The translations under genes and the position numbers were made by a program. A stretch of 64,000 bases of DNA from Amphiscolops sp. MND2022 (Eukaryota). The stretch is taken from positions 11,532,001 through 11,596,000 of the forward strand of contig OZ076415.1 in assembly GCA_964187785.1 (NCBI GenBank), read 5' to 3'. Under the pieces are notes generated by a model, which was given only the letters and a program-made list of their open reading frames with translations, searched no databases and was not told the DNA's origin. Shown one piece after another: positions 24,201 to 37,200 of this stretch (position 1 is its first letter; each line of letters opens with the position of its first letter).

Positions 24201-27200
24201 CTTGAACACTCAATTGTTCCATTTGTTCGTATTCACTTCCCGTCTGCGAACTACCAACATGAGATGTATTTTCCCTCCTTTCATCATCATCATCGACACC
24301 ATTATCATCATCGTCAAGTGCTTTTGAAGTAGGTTCAGCAGCTGCCTCACTAGCCTCAGGTTCAGTTATGCTTTTATCGCTCTCGGTTTCTGAAGACGCC
24401 GTGGTCGTGGTTGTGGTTGTTGTGGTGTCCCGACTGTTTGTGATATCAGCTGTAGCTTCTCCGTTCTCTACAACATTGGATGTTTCGGTAATCGTCTTCT
24501 CCGTTGTTTCGCTTCCTTCCGGTAGTGTTGTTTCGGGTGATTTTCCTGCCACGTCTGACGATGGGGTGGTAGTTGTTTCAGTTTTCGAACCACCTCCGCC
24601 TTCAGGTGTTGGTTTAGCAGATTCGTCAGAATTTGGTGTTTGTGTAGTTTCTCGCTCAGTTGTCTCACTAGCCTCAGGTTCAGTTGCGTTTTTATCGCTC
24701 TCGGTTTCTGAAGACGCCGTGGTCGTGGTTGTTGTGGTGTCCCGACTGTTTGTGACATCAGCTGTAGCTTCTCCATTCTCTACAACATTGGATGTTTCGG
24801 TAATCGTCTTCTCCGTTGTTTCGCTTCCTTCCGGTAGTGTTGTTTCGGGTGATTTTCTCGCCACGTCTGACGATGGGGTGGTAGTTGTTTCAGTTTTCGA
24901 ACCACCTCCGCCTTCAGTTGTTGGTTCAGCAGTTTCGTCATCATTTGATGTTTGTGTAGTGTCTCGCTCATTTGTCTCACTAGCCTCAGGTTCAGTTGTG
25001 TTTTTACCGCTCTCGGTTTCTGAAGACGTCGTGGTCGTGGTTGTTGTGGTGTCCCGACTGTTTGTGACATCAGCTGTAGCTTCTCCATTCTCTACAACAT
25101 TGGATGTTTCGGTAATCGTCTTCTCCGTTGTTTCGCTTCCTTCCGGTAGTGTTGTTTCGGGTGATTTTCCTGCCACGTCTGACGATGGGGTGGTAGTTGT
25201 TTCAGTTTTTGAACCACCTCGGCCTTCAGTTGTTGGTTCAGCAGTTTCGTCATCATTTGGTGTTTGTGTAGTTTCTCGCTCATTTGTCTCACTAGCCTCA
25301 GGTTCAGTTGCGTTTTTATCGCTCTCGGTTTCTGAAGACGCCGTGGCCGTGATTGTGTTTGTTGTGGTGTCCGGACTGTTTGTGACATCAGCCGTAGCTT
25401 CTCCATTCTCTACAACTTTTGATGTTTCGGTAATCGTCTTCTCCGTAGTTTCGCTTCCTTCCGGTAGTGTTGTTTCGGGTGATTTTTCCGCCACGTCTGA
25501 CGATGGGGTGGTAGTTGTTTCAGTTTTCGAACCACCTCCGCCTTCAGTTGTTGGTTCAGCAGTTTCGTCATCATTTGGTGTTTGTGTAGTGTCTCGCTCA
25601 TTTGTCTCACTAGCCTCAGGTTCAGTTGTGTTTTTACCGCTCTCGGTTTCTGAAGACGTCGTGGTCGTGGTTGTTGTGGTGTCCCGACTGTTTGTGACAT
25701 CAGCTGTAGCTTCTCCATTCTCTACAACATTGGATGTTTCGGTAATTGTCTTCTCCGTTGTTTCGCTTCCTTCCGGTAGTGTTGTTTCGGGTGATTTTCC
25801 TGCCACGTCTGACGATGGGGTGGTAGTTGTTTCAGTTTTCGAACCACCTCCGCCTTCAGTTGTTGGTTCAGCAGTTTCGTCATCATTTGGTGTTTGTGTA
25901 GTGTCTCGCTCATTTGTCTCACTAGCCTCAGGTTCAGTTGTGCTTTTATCGCTCTCGGTTTCTGAAGACGCCGTGGTCGTGGTTGTTGTGGTGTCCCGAC
26001 TGTTTGTGACATCAGCTGTAGCTTCTCCATTCTCTACAACATTGGATGTTTCGGTAATCGTCTTCTCCGTTGTTTCGCTTCCTTCCGGTAGTGTTGTTTC
26101 GGGTGATTTTTCCACCACGTCTGACGATGGGGTGGTAGTTGTTTCAGTTTTTGAACCACCTCGGCCTTCAGTTGTTGGTTCAGCAGTTTCGTCATCATTT
26201 GGTGTTTGTGTAGTTTCTCGCTCATTTGTCTCACTAGCCTCAGGTTCAGTTGCGTTTTTATCGCTCTCGGTTTCTGAAGACGCCGTGGCCGTGATTGTGT
26301 TTGTTGTGGTGTCCGGACTGTTTGTGACATCAGCCGTAGCTTCTCCATTCTCTACAACTTTTGATGTTTCGGTAATCGTCTTCTCCGTAGTTTCGCTTCC
26401 TTCCGGTAGTGTTGTTTCGGGTGATTTTTCCGCCACGTCTGACGATGGGGTGGTAGTTGTTTCAGTTTTCGAACCACCTCCGCCTTCAGTTGTTGGTTCA
26501 GCAGTTTCGTCATCATTTGGTGTTTGTGTAGTGTCTCGCTCATTTGTCTCACTAGCCTCAGGTTCAGTTGTGTTTTTACCGCTCTCGGTTTCTGAAGACG
26601 TCGTGGTCGTGGTTGTTGTGGTGTCCCGACTGTTTGTGACATCAGCTGTAGCTTCTCCATTCTCTACAACATTGGATGTTTCGGTAATTGTCTTCTCCGT
26701 TGTTTCGCTTCCTTCCGGTAGTGTTGTTTCGGGTGATTTTCCTGCCACGTCTGACGATGGGGTGGTAGTTGTTTCAGTTTTCGAACCACCTCCGCCTTCA
26801 GTTGTTGGTTCAGCAGTTTCGTCATCATTTGGTGTTTGTGTAGTGTCTCGCTCATTTGTCTCACTAGCCTCAGGTTCAGTTGTGCTTTTATCGCTCTCGG
26901 TTTCTGAAGACGCCGTGGTCGTGGTTGTTGTGGTGTCCCGACTGTTTGTGACATCAGCTGTAGCTTCTCCATTCTCTACAACATTGGATGTTTCGGTAAT
27001 CGTCTTCTCCGTTGTTTCGCTTCCTTCCGGTAGTGTTGTTTCGGGTGATTTTTCCACCACGTCTGACGATGGGGTGGTAGTTGTTTCAGTTTTTGAACCA
27101 CCTCGGCCTTCAGTTGTTGGTTCAGCAGTTTCGTCATCATTTGGTGTTTGTGTAGTTTCTCGCTCATTTGTCTCACTAGCCTCAGGTTCAGTTGCGTTTT

Positions 27201-28517
27201 TATCGCTCTCGGTTTCTGAAGACGCCGTGGCCGTGATTGTGTTTGTTGTGGTGTCCGGACTGTTTGTGACATCAGCCGTAGCTTCTCCATTCTCTACAAC
27301 TTTTGATGTTTCGGTAATCGTCTTCTCCGTAGTTCCGCTTCCTTCCGGTAGTGTTGTTTCGGGTGATTTTTCCGCCACGTCTGACGATGGGGTGGTAGTT
27401 GTTTCAGTTTTCGAACCACCTCCGCCTTCAGTTGTTGGTTCAGCAGTTTCGTCATCATTTGGTGTTTGTGTAGTGTCTCGCTCATTTGTCTCACTAGCCT
27501 CAGGTTCAGTTGTGTTTTTACCGCTCTCGGTTTCTGAAGACGCCGTGGTCGTGGTTGTTGTGGAGTCCCGAATGTTTGTGACATCAGTTGTAGCTTCTCC
27601 ATTCTCTACAACTTTGGATGTTTCGGTAATCGTCTTCTCCGTTGTTTCGCTTCCTTTTGGTAGTGTTGTTTCGGGTGATTTTCCCGCCACGTCTGACGAT
27701 GGGGTGGTAGTTGTTTCAGTTTTCGAACCACCTCCGCCTTCAGTTGTTGGTTCAGCAGTTTCGTCATCATTTGATGTTTGTGTAGTGTCTCGCTCATTTG
27801 TCTCACTAGCCTCAGGTTCAGTTGTGTTTTTACCGCTCTCGGTTTCTGAAGACGTCGTGGTCGTGGTTGTTGTGGTGTCCCGACTGTTTGTGACATCAGC
27901 TGTAGCTTCTCCATTCTCTACAACTTTGGATGTTTCGGTAATCGTCTCCTCCGTTGTTTCGCTTCCTTTTGGTAGTGTTGTTTCGGGTGATTTTCCCGCC
28001 ACGTCTGACGATGGGGTGGTAGTTGTTTCAGTTTTCGAACCACCTCCGCCTTCAGTTGTTGGTTCAGCAGTTTCGTCACCATTTGGTGTTTGTGTAGTTT
28101 CTCGCTCATTTGTCTCACTAGCCTCAGGTTCAGTTGCGTTAATACCGCTCTCGGTTTCAGAAGACGCCGTGGTCGTGGTTGTTGTGGTGTCCCGACTGTT
28201 TGTGACATCAGCTGCAGCTTCTCCATTCTCTACAACTTTGGATGTTTCGGTAATCGTCTTCTCCGTTGTTTCGCTTCCTCCTCGTTGAGTTGTTTCGGGT
28301 GAATTTTCCATTTGTTGAACTGTTGTTGCATTCTCAGGTCCGGTCTGTTTTCCAGTCTCATTTACTTTTCCTTTTTTCGGTTCTATTGTGGTTTTGTCCA
28401 ATACATCTCGAGACGATCTATTTACCAGTCTAATGATATCTGACGGCTGTTTCCCATGCTCGGGTTTGCTGTTTTTTCTACCAGTGTTCGAACTTCCTTG
28501 AAATGTCTTCTTTGGTT
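24201..28517 (-). CDS. Giant mucin-like (Thr/Glu/Ser-rich) tandem-repeat exon, 1439 codons, phase 1-1
   Basis: Stop-free frame; acceptor ttttactttcaatactgtttcag|AA at 28517 and donor CAAG|gtatgt at 24201/24200; about 12.5 repeats of 104-106 aa with NAT/NTT sequons. Confidence 0.85.
24340..28290 (-). repeat. Coding tandem repeat, 312/312/318-bp units with a 942-bp higher-order period
   Basis: Shadow-ORF offsets 24468, 24780, 25092, 25410, 25722, 26034, 26352, 26664, 26976, 27294, 27606 and 27918. Confidence 0.95.
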
Positions 28518-29251
28518 CTGAAACAGTATTGAAAGTAAAAAAATTCTCTCTCAGCACCGATGTTTTCTCTTTCTTGAAATACTTTGTATTCACATATACA
28601 TGGTTGTTTGATAGAGACTGGCAAGCGGAATAGAAGTGCCTTGAATGAAATTTCCTTGTGAATTTTGAAACATTTTACGAACAAAAAATCAACGTTTTCA
28701 ATATGGTGCTACATTTCAAAGGATGATAATGAAATTCAGCGGTTTTGATGAACATAAATGAACGAAATTCGACATCGGAAATAACGGAAAATGGGTTCGA
28801 CAAATGAATAATCCAAATAGAAATTTCGTTAACGCAACTCAATATCTGGTAATTCTCAGCCCTACGAAAGGCATTTCCTATAGTTTTCGGAAAGCCAGTC
28901 CAAATTACTAGCAAATAAATACCAGTTCATTTTTGAGTACTGTTACTCGCGCAGCTTCAAAGTTTGACTTTACGGTAAATATCATCAAATACTGGATTCT
29001 TTGACAAGGGAAGCGATTGAAGCTTATTGGCATGTCAATTTTTATCGATGGTTTCCACCGTAATTCCTGTTCTATATTCGTGCTATTTTACATGTTTTTC
29101 AAACTTTGAACGCTTATTTATCCTATCCTTTCAAAGGTACGTGTTACATGTTTACATTTTCCGAAAAAAACATTAAAAATCCAACAATTAAATGGTTGGA
29201 AAATCATTTCAAAAAAGATGTTTATTGAAACCCTGTTTATTGAAAATTATT

Positions 29252-29427
29252 ATTGTTTAATATTATTTGTGAACAACTATGTGTTCATTTCTCAGCATTG
29301 TTATTTTGTACGAATTAAATGTTTTGTCATTGAGACCGATAATACATTAAGCAAAAGAGTATTGTTTCCTTTCATATTTTCAACAAAAAGAAACGAGATA
29401 TAACTGTCGAGAGTTATAATTCTTTTA
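29252..29427 (+). repeat. Truncated 5' LTR of the BEL element
   Basis: Matches 38379-38554 with about 7 differences in 176 bp; the first ~200 bp of the LTR are missing; both copies end ...TCTTTTA rather than CA. Confidence 0.88.
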
Positions 29428-29465
29428 TGGTGTCCAGACCAGGATTCGAACCTGGGTTACTGCGG
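29428..29465 (+). promoter_or_regulatory. Extended primer-binding site (complement of a tRNA-His-like 3' half)
   Basis: Reverse complement CCGCAGTAACCCAGGTTCGAATCCTGGTCTGGACACCA has a CCA end, an intact T arm and a CCGCAG-YAA context like eukaryotic tRNA-His (from memory). Confidence 0.75.
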
Positions 29466-29491
29466 TATCGGTACCTTCTCTCAACGTACCC

Positions 29492-30517
29492 ATGACGAGT
29501 TCAACTACATCAACCCGAATCATTAACACTCCGAACCAGACAGCCCCGCAGCAACCGTCTGCACTATTCAAGCCAACAACGTCAGTACCTGTCAGCCAAA
29601 TACTTCCTAATTTGTCCGCATGGACAATTCCGACAGTAACCGTCAACCCTCCCTCGCAACTGAGAACACCTTTACAAATGAGCCCACCGACGATTACCGC
29701 CACAACGACAACATCAGTTGGAATCACCCCAGTAACCACGATGCCCGTAATGCCTGTAACTCATGGAGGGACATTCTTCTACGTACCACCGTCAGCGGTT
29801 ACAGTTCCGACCCCAATTCCTACAATTGTTCAGCCGTCGTCATCATTCCCTAGTGCAACTGCATTACCATTTATACCATCAGGATCGAGTGCAGTACTGC
29901 AACCAAGCCCTACACACTTCGGTCTTCACGAGGTTGCGCAACTACTAGCTTCAACAAAGAAAGACCACCTACCAGAGTGGAAATTGTCTGAATACAATGG
30001 CGACCCGATTCGTTGGCACGAATGGTTCGGACAATTCAAGAGCGCCATTGACTCGGCTCAACTGTCAGATGATGTCAAGCTAACTTATCTGAAAACTCTG
30101 GTAACTGGAAAAGCCAAAGTCGCAATAGCAGAATTCGCCTACTGCGGAGCTATGTACAAGGACGCCCTCAAGACCCTTGAGCGGAAGTTTGGCCAACCAC
30201 AGGCAGTGGTAACAGCTTACCTGGACAAACTAGCTAACGTTCCACCTGTGAAGATGCATAACAGCGAAAGCATCATAAGCTCTTCCGCAACAGTTAGCTC
30301 ATTGGTTGGGGTATTCCGTTCGCTTAATTATGTCCAAGACTTATCTAGCGCATCCTTACTGGGTCAAGCAGTGCAGAAGCTTCCGCCGAATATGAAAGAA
30401 GCATGGTCGATGCACACTGTAAAGCGCAGCCTAGACCGACCGACATTGATTGATTTCAATGATTGGCTGAAACATAAAGCCGAAGCCCACGAACGTATGA
30501 AAACGGCTTCAGGCTAA
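29492..30517 (+). pseudogene. BEL gag N-terminal part
   Basis: Thr/Pro-rich leader, then LPEWKLSEYNGDPIRWHEWFGQF; ends at a premature TAA, with gag-pol continuing in 30525-32651. Confidence 0.85.
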
Positions 30518-31281
30518 GTCAAAGGTGACGAAAATGTTCCCAACACCGCAACTAAAACCAAGACAACTTCCAAAGTCGACGAACTGTGTAGCTTGCAAAG
30601 AGAATTACCCTCTGTGGAGATGCCCTGTGTTTAGAAAGAAAACACCCACAGAAAGAGCAAAACTAGTTGCTGACAACAAGCTTTGCTTCTCTTGTTTTCG
30701 AGTTAATCATTCGTTCAGACAGTGCCCCCAGCCTCGCAAATGCACTAAAGAAGGTTGCGATAGCTCACACAACACCTTTCGTCACGGTGCCGAACGAATT
30801 TTCCAGAGAAAATCTGAAACGCCGAATAGAAAAAACCCCAAAACTTCCACCTGTATTGGAACGACTAAGATGAACGATCAAGTTGCAGCGAGCTCAGGCA
30901 TGCCTTCAGTTGTAGATGTTAAAGGACTCCTTCAAATAACAGAAGTAGAATTACACTCCAACGAACAATCAGAAAGGGTTTTTGCACTCTGTAATTCAGC
31001 CTGCAGCCACTCTTGGATTTCATCAAGGCTAGCTGACAAACTGACTGTAAAGGCCACACCGACGAAGTTGACAGTGCATGGCATCAACTGCCATCAAGTT
31101 GTAAACACTCAAATGGTGGAGCTCAAGTTGACACCGGTTCATTCGGGTGGCTCTTGCTCCTCTTTTGCCATCAAACCAAATGGGAGAGACGATCTTCAAG
31201 TTGGAACCGATGTTATAGACGTAGAATCACTGAAAACAATGTACCCCCATTTAGAACCAATTCCTTTGAAGAAGTACAGAT

Positions 31282-34200
31282 ATGCTGATGTTGACATGAT
31301 CTTGGGCCAGGACGTGTTCCACTTTATCCGCCCACTGGAGTATTTCGACTCCGACCGTAAAAATATTCCAGTCGCCGTCCGTTTATCGTTGGGCTGGGTA
31401 TTAAGTGGACCGCTACCATCGGCTTCAGGGTTGTTTTCGACATTTTTCAAAGCTGTTACAACAAACAAAGACACTGATTATGAACTGGCCGAACAACTCC
31501 GCAGCTGGTATGACATAGAATCATACGGAGCTTTCAAGCAAGTAGACTCTCGTTCCGCATCCTATGCGAGAGCGGAGAAAATACTTGAGACAACCACATA
31601 CCATGACGAGTCCCGATACCAAGTTGGTATGTTGTGGGCAGAAGATGAAAGTAGTTTGCCGAATAATTACTTTTCAGCCCTTGTTCAACTGAAGTCCCTC
31701 GAACGCCGTCTTGGGAAAGACGCAGAGTTGAAAGAACGTTACACTCAGACCATCAAAGATGCCTTTTCGAAAGGATACATTGTTGAAGTAGACAAATCTG
31801 ACTGTTTCAAGATGAATAATGCTCGTGAGTGGTATTTACCGCACCACCAAGTAGTCCATCCACATAAACCGGGTAAAGTTCGACGTGTGTTGAACGGTGC
31901 TGCCAAGTTTCAGGGCCAGTCCCTGAATAACGCACTTTTAACCGGACCGGACTTATTACAAAGTCTTATTCATATTCTATTCCGATTTCGACAATATCCA
32001 CATGCCGTGTCCGGTGACATTGAGGGAATGTTCCTTCAAGTTGGAGTAAATCCAGAAGACAGACCGTCACTTCGATTCTTGTGGCGCGAAGACCCAGCCT
32101 CCGAAATTGCTGTCTACCAATGTATTCGACATATATTTGGATCCGAAGACTCGCTAACGTGTGCGAACTACGCCTTGAGGTGGACAGCAACAGACAACAA
32201 ATCAACGTTTCCCGAAGCCGCCAGAATTGTCCTAAGTAACTTTTACATGGACGACTACCTGGAATCGAGTTTAACTGTTGAAGAGGCGACCCGAAAAGTC
32301 AAAGACCTAGTGCCATTACTTTCGCTTGGAGGTTTCAAGTTAACAAAGTTTGTTTCAAACGTTCCGTCGATCCCAGCACAGCTCGAGCCAGGCTCCAACG
32401 CCCCAACAGAGGTAAAGGAAATTCCAAATACGGAAGATTTGTCACACGTGTTAGGACTGAAGTGGAACCATTCCACCGACACCCTACTTGTCAGCCGAGG
32501 AACGAAACCCGATGTGAAGCCGAACGTGACCCAAAGGGTTGTTTTAAGTTTGGTGTCCGCAGTGTACGACCCCATTGGTCTTGTCGCCCCTTACACGGTA
32601 AAGGCCCGACTACTGCTCAAGGACATCTGGCGATTGAATGGTCAGCAATAGGATGACGAGCTACCACCGGATCTTGTCACAAAGTTCCTCGAGTGTAGTA
32701 AAGAACTTCCAACCCTGAGTTACATCACAATTCCTCGAGCATACTTCGTCGGAGAGATTAAAGCACTGGAGTTACATTTGTTCGGCGACAGCTCGCAGGA
32801 GGTATTCAGCGCGGTAGCGTTTCTCCGAGCAAAAGTCACAGCTAAAGATAGTGGGTCATCAACGGAATTAGCCTTTGTCTTCGGAAAAGCCAGAGTAGCA
32901 CCTATGAAAGCCTTGACGATTCCAAAGCTTGAACTTCAAGCCTCATTACTTGCCTCAAGGCTAAGAAAAGAAGTTCAGCGTTCACTGACTATGAAAATAG
33001 ACAAAGTTTTCATATGGACAGATAGCACCACGGTTCTACAATGGAATCACTCAATAGAAAAGCAATCAGTCTTCGTAGCGAACAGCGTTGCGGAGATCTT
33101 AGAGCTCACAACAACTGACGAGTGGAACTACGTTCAATCTTGTGATAATCTCGCTGATGCAGGCACTCGAGGACTCTCAGCGACTGCATTACCAAACAGC
33201 ATCTGGCTGAAAGGACCAGATTTTTTGAAAACACCTGATTGGCCCTTTAGGCCTTCGGAACACTCGTCGTTCAAAGTTAAACAACGGAATGACACTTCTA
33301 GTCTCGGAGACGAGACCGTTCTCAACGCCAATGCAGGCATTAACACATCAACTTTCGAGTAGCAGAAGTACAGCTCTTACGAGAAACTCCTGCGTGTTGC
33401 CGCCTACATCTTGCGTCTTCTACCAAAGAACGAGGCTTACCGCTCTATTACAGGTGCGTTCACTGACCCGAGTGAGCTCGAAAATGCTCAAATGAAACTA
33501 TTCTATACTACGCAATCCAAATCTTTTCCCACAGAGAAAAGGAACTTACTAAAAAACTCCCCCTTCAGTAGTTCTTCGAAAATCCTACAGTTTTTCCCTT
33601 TCATCGGACCCCAAGGCTTACTTCGGGCAACAGGTAGAACGAAGAAACTCGATGTTTCAAGTTTTGACGCAAAACATCCAGTTTTAGTCGATAGTCATCA
33701 TCCAGTCACACGCTTGTTCCTCGAAAACTTACACAGGACCAATTGCCATCAGGGCGTAGACTACTTGAGGGCGTTGGTGCAGCAACAGTTCGTCATCGTC
33801 AAGCTTAGAGCCGCTCTGAGAACAATTGTTCTACGATGTGTAACTTGTCGTAAACGTCGGGCTGAGACCCTCAGTCCGATGATGGCTGACCTACCGCGAG
33901 AAAGCCTAGCCTTTAAGGAGCCCCCGTTCTCTAATACTGGCGTTGACTACTTCGGTCCGTTCTACGTTTCCGTTAGAAGATCGACAGAAAAACGATGGGG
34001 ATTCCTGTTTACTTGCTTGACTACGAGAGCTGTCCATTTCGAAGTCGTGCCGTCAATGGACACTAGCAGCTGTATAATGGGAATAGAAAGGTTCATCGCC
34101 CGCCGGGGTACCCCATCAAACGTATGGTCAGACAACGGAACAAATTTCATTGCCAGTGAAAAAGAACTCCTCCAGAACATTGCACACTGGAACCACCAAG

Positions 34201-37200
34201 TTTTGACCGATGCTCTCGTCAAGAAACGTATCTCGTGTAAGTTTAACCCACGTAGCGCACCACATCATGTTGGTGTTTGGGAACGCGTTGTCAGGAGTTT
34301 CAAACACGTTTTTTACGCTGTTCTTGGAAACCGACGCTTAACCGACGGGATTCTAATAACATTTTGCCTTGTGGAGCAAAGTTTGAAAGCACGACCACTG
34401 GTACCAGCCAGCTCTGATGCTACCGATTTGGATGCTGATGTTGACATGATCTTGGGCCAGGACGTGTTCCACTTTATCCGCCCACTGGAGTATTTCGACT
34501 CCGACCGTAAAAATATTCCAGTCGCCGTCCGTTTATCGTTGGGCTGGGTATTAAGTGGACCGCTACCATCGGCTTCAGGGTTGTTTTCGACATTTTTCAA
34601 AGCTGTTACAACGAACAAAGACACTGATTATGAACTGGCCGAACAACTCCGCAGCTGGTATGACATAAAATCATACGGAGTTTTCAAGCAAGTAGACTCT
34701 CGTTCCGCATCCGATGCGAGAGCGGAGAAAATACTTGAGACAACCACATACCATGACGAGTCCCGATACCAAGTTGGTATGTTGTGGGCAGAAGATGAAA
34801 GTAGTTTGCCGAATAATTACTTTTCAGCCCTTGTTCAACTGAAGTCCCTCGAACGCCGTCTTGGGAAAGACGCAGAGTTGAAAGAACGTTACACTCAGAC
34901 CATCAAAGATGCCTTTTCGAAAGGATACATTGTTGAAGTAGACAAATCTGACTGTTTCAAGATGAATAATGCTCGTGAGTGGTATTTACCGCACCACCAA
35001 GTAGTCCATCCACATAAACCGGGTAAAGTTCGACGTGTGTTGAACGGTGCTGCCAAGTTTCAGGGCCAGTCCCTGAATAACGCACTTTTAACCGGACCGG
35101 ACTTATTACAAAGTCTTAATCATATTCTATTCCGATTTCGACAATATCCACATGCCGTGTCCAGTGACATTGAGGGAATGTTCCTTCAAGTTGGAGTAAT
35201 TCCAGAAGACAGACCGTCACTTCGATTCTTGTGGCGCGAAGACCCAAGCCTCCGAAATTGCTGTCTACCAATGTAATCGACATATATTTGGATCCGAAGA
35301 CTCGCTAACGTGTGCGAACTACGCCTTGAGGCGGACAGCAACAGACAACAAATCAACGTTTCCCGAAGCCGCCAGAATTGTCCTAAGTAACTTTTACATG
35401 GACGACTACCTGGAATCGAGATTAACTGTTGAAGAGGCGACCCGAAAAGTCAAAGATCTAGTGACATTACTTTCGCTTGGAGGTTTCAAGTTAACAAAGT
35501 TTGTTTCAAACGTTCCGTCGATCCCAGCACAGCTCGAGCCAGGCTCCAACGCCCCAACAGAGGTAAAGGAATTTCCAAATACCGAAGATTTGTCACACGT
35601 GTTAGGACTGAAGTGGAACCATTCCACCGAGACCCTACTTGTCAGCCGAGGAACGAAACCCGATGTGAAGCCGAACGTGACCCAAAGGGTTGTTTTAAGT
35701 TTGGTGTCCGCAGTGTACGACCCCATTGGTCTTGTCGCCCCTTACACGGTAAAGGCCCGACTACTGCTCAAGGACATCTGGCGATTGAATGGTCAGCAAT
35801 AGGATGACGAGCTACCACCGGATCTTGTCACAAAGTTCCTCGAGTGGAGTAAAGAACTTCCAACCCTGATTGACATCAAAATTCCTCGAGCATACTTCGT
35901 CGGAGAGATTAAAGCACTGGAGGTACATTTGTTCGGCGACAGCTCGCAGGAGGTGTTCAGCGCGGTAGCGTTTCTCCGAGCAAAAGTCACAGCTAAAGAT
36001 AGTGGGTCAACAACGGAATTAGCCTTTGTCTTCGGAAAAGCCAGAGTAGCACCTATGAAAGCCTTGACGATTCCAAAGCTTGAACTTCAAGCCTCATTAC
36101 TTGCCTCAAGGCTAAGAAAGGAAGTTCAGCGTTCACTGTTTATGAAAATAGACAAAGTTTTCATATGGACAGATAGCACCACGGTTCTACAATGGAATCA
36201 CTCAATAGAAAAGCAATCAGTCTTCGTAGCGAACAGCGTTGCGGAGATCTTAGAGCTCACAACAACTGACGAGTGGAACTACGTTCAATCTTGTGATAAT
36301 CTCGCTGATGCAGGCACTCGAGGACTCTCAGCGACTGCATTACCAAACAGCATCTGGCTGAAAGGACCATAATTCTTGAAAACACCTGATTGGCCCTTTA
36401 GGCCTTCGGAACACTCGTCGTTCAAAGTTAAACAACGGAATGACACTTCTAGTCTCGGAGACGAGACCGTTCTCAACGCCAATGCAGGCATTAACACATC
36501 AAATTTCGAGTGGCAGAAGTACAGCTCTTACGAGAAACTCCTGCGTGTTGCCGCCTACATCTTGCGTCTTCTACCAAAAAACGAGGCTTAGCGCTCTATT
36601 ACAGGTGCCATCACTGACCCGAGTGAGCTCGAAAATGCTCAAATGAAACTATTCTATACTACGCAATCCAAATCTTTTCCCACAGAGAAAAGGAACTTAC
36701 TAAAAAACTCCCCTCTCAGTAGTTCTTCGATAATCCTACAGTTTTCCCCTTTCATCGGACCCCAAGGCTTACTTCGGGCAACAGGTAGAACGAAGAAACT
36801 CGATGTTTCAAGTTTTGACGCAAAACATCCAGTTTTACTCGATAGTCATCATCCAGTCACACGCTTGTTCCTCGTAAACTTACACAGGACCCATTGCCAT
36901 CAGGGCGTAGACTACTTAAGGGCGTTGGTGCAGCAACAGTTCGCCATCGTCAAGCTTAGAGCCGCTCTGAGAACAATTGTTCTACGATGTGTAACTTGTC
37001 GTAAACGTCGGGCTGAGACCCTCAGTCCGATGATGGCTGACCTACCGCGAGAAAGACTAGCCTTTAAGGAGCCCCCGTTCTCTAATACTGGCGTTGACTA
37101 CTTCGGTCCGTTCTACGTTTCCGTTAGAAGATCGACAGAAAAACGATGGGGATTCCTGGTTACCTGCTTGACTACGAGAGCTGTCCATTTCGAAGTCGTG

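Noticed and set aside
24468-28226. Twelve periodic ~102-aa minus-strand ORFs (MEKLQLMSQ...)
   Set aside because: Alternative frame of the same repeat, with one stop per unit; not a gene array.
24368-28288. 1306-aa plus-strand Val/Ser-rich ORF
   Set aside because: Antisense shadow of the mucin repeat: a stop-free unit is simply propagated by tandem repetition; no splice or start context.
28593-29250. Search for a signal-peptide exon for the mucin
   Set aside because: No ATG-initiated hydrophobic segment with a phase-1 donor was found; the ORF-track start at 28593 probably lies in the intron.
32649-36372. TGG-to-TAG stops suggesting APOBEC-like hypermutation
   Set aside because: Only two or three events; the other differences between the duplicated copies show no G-to-A bias.
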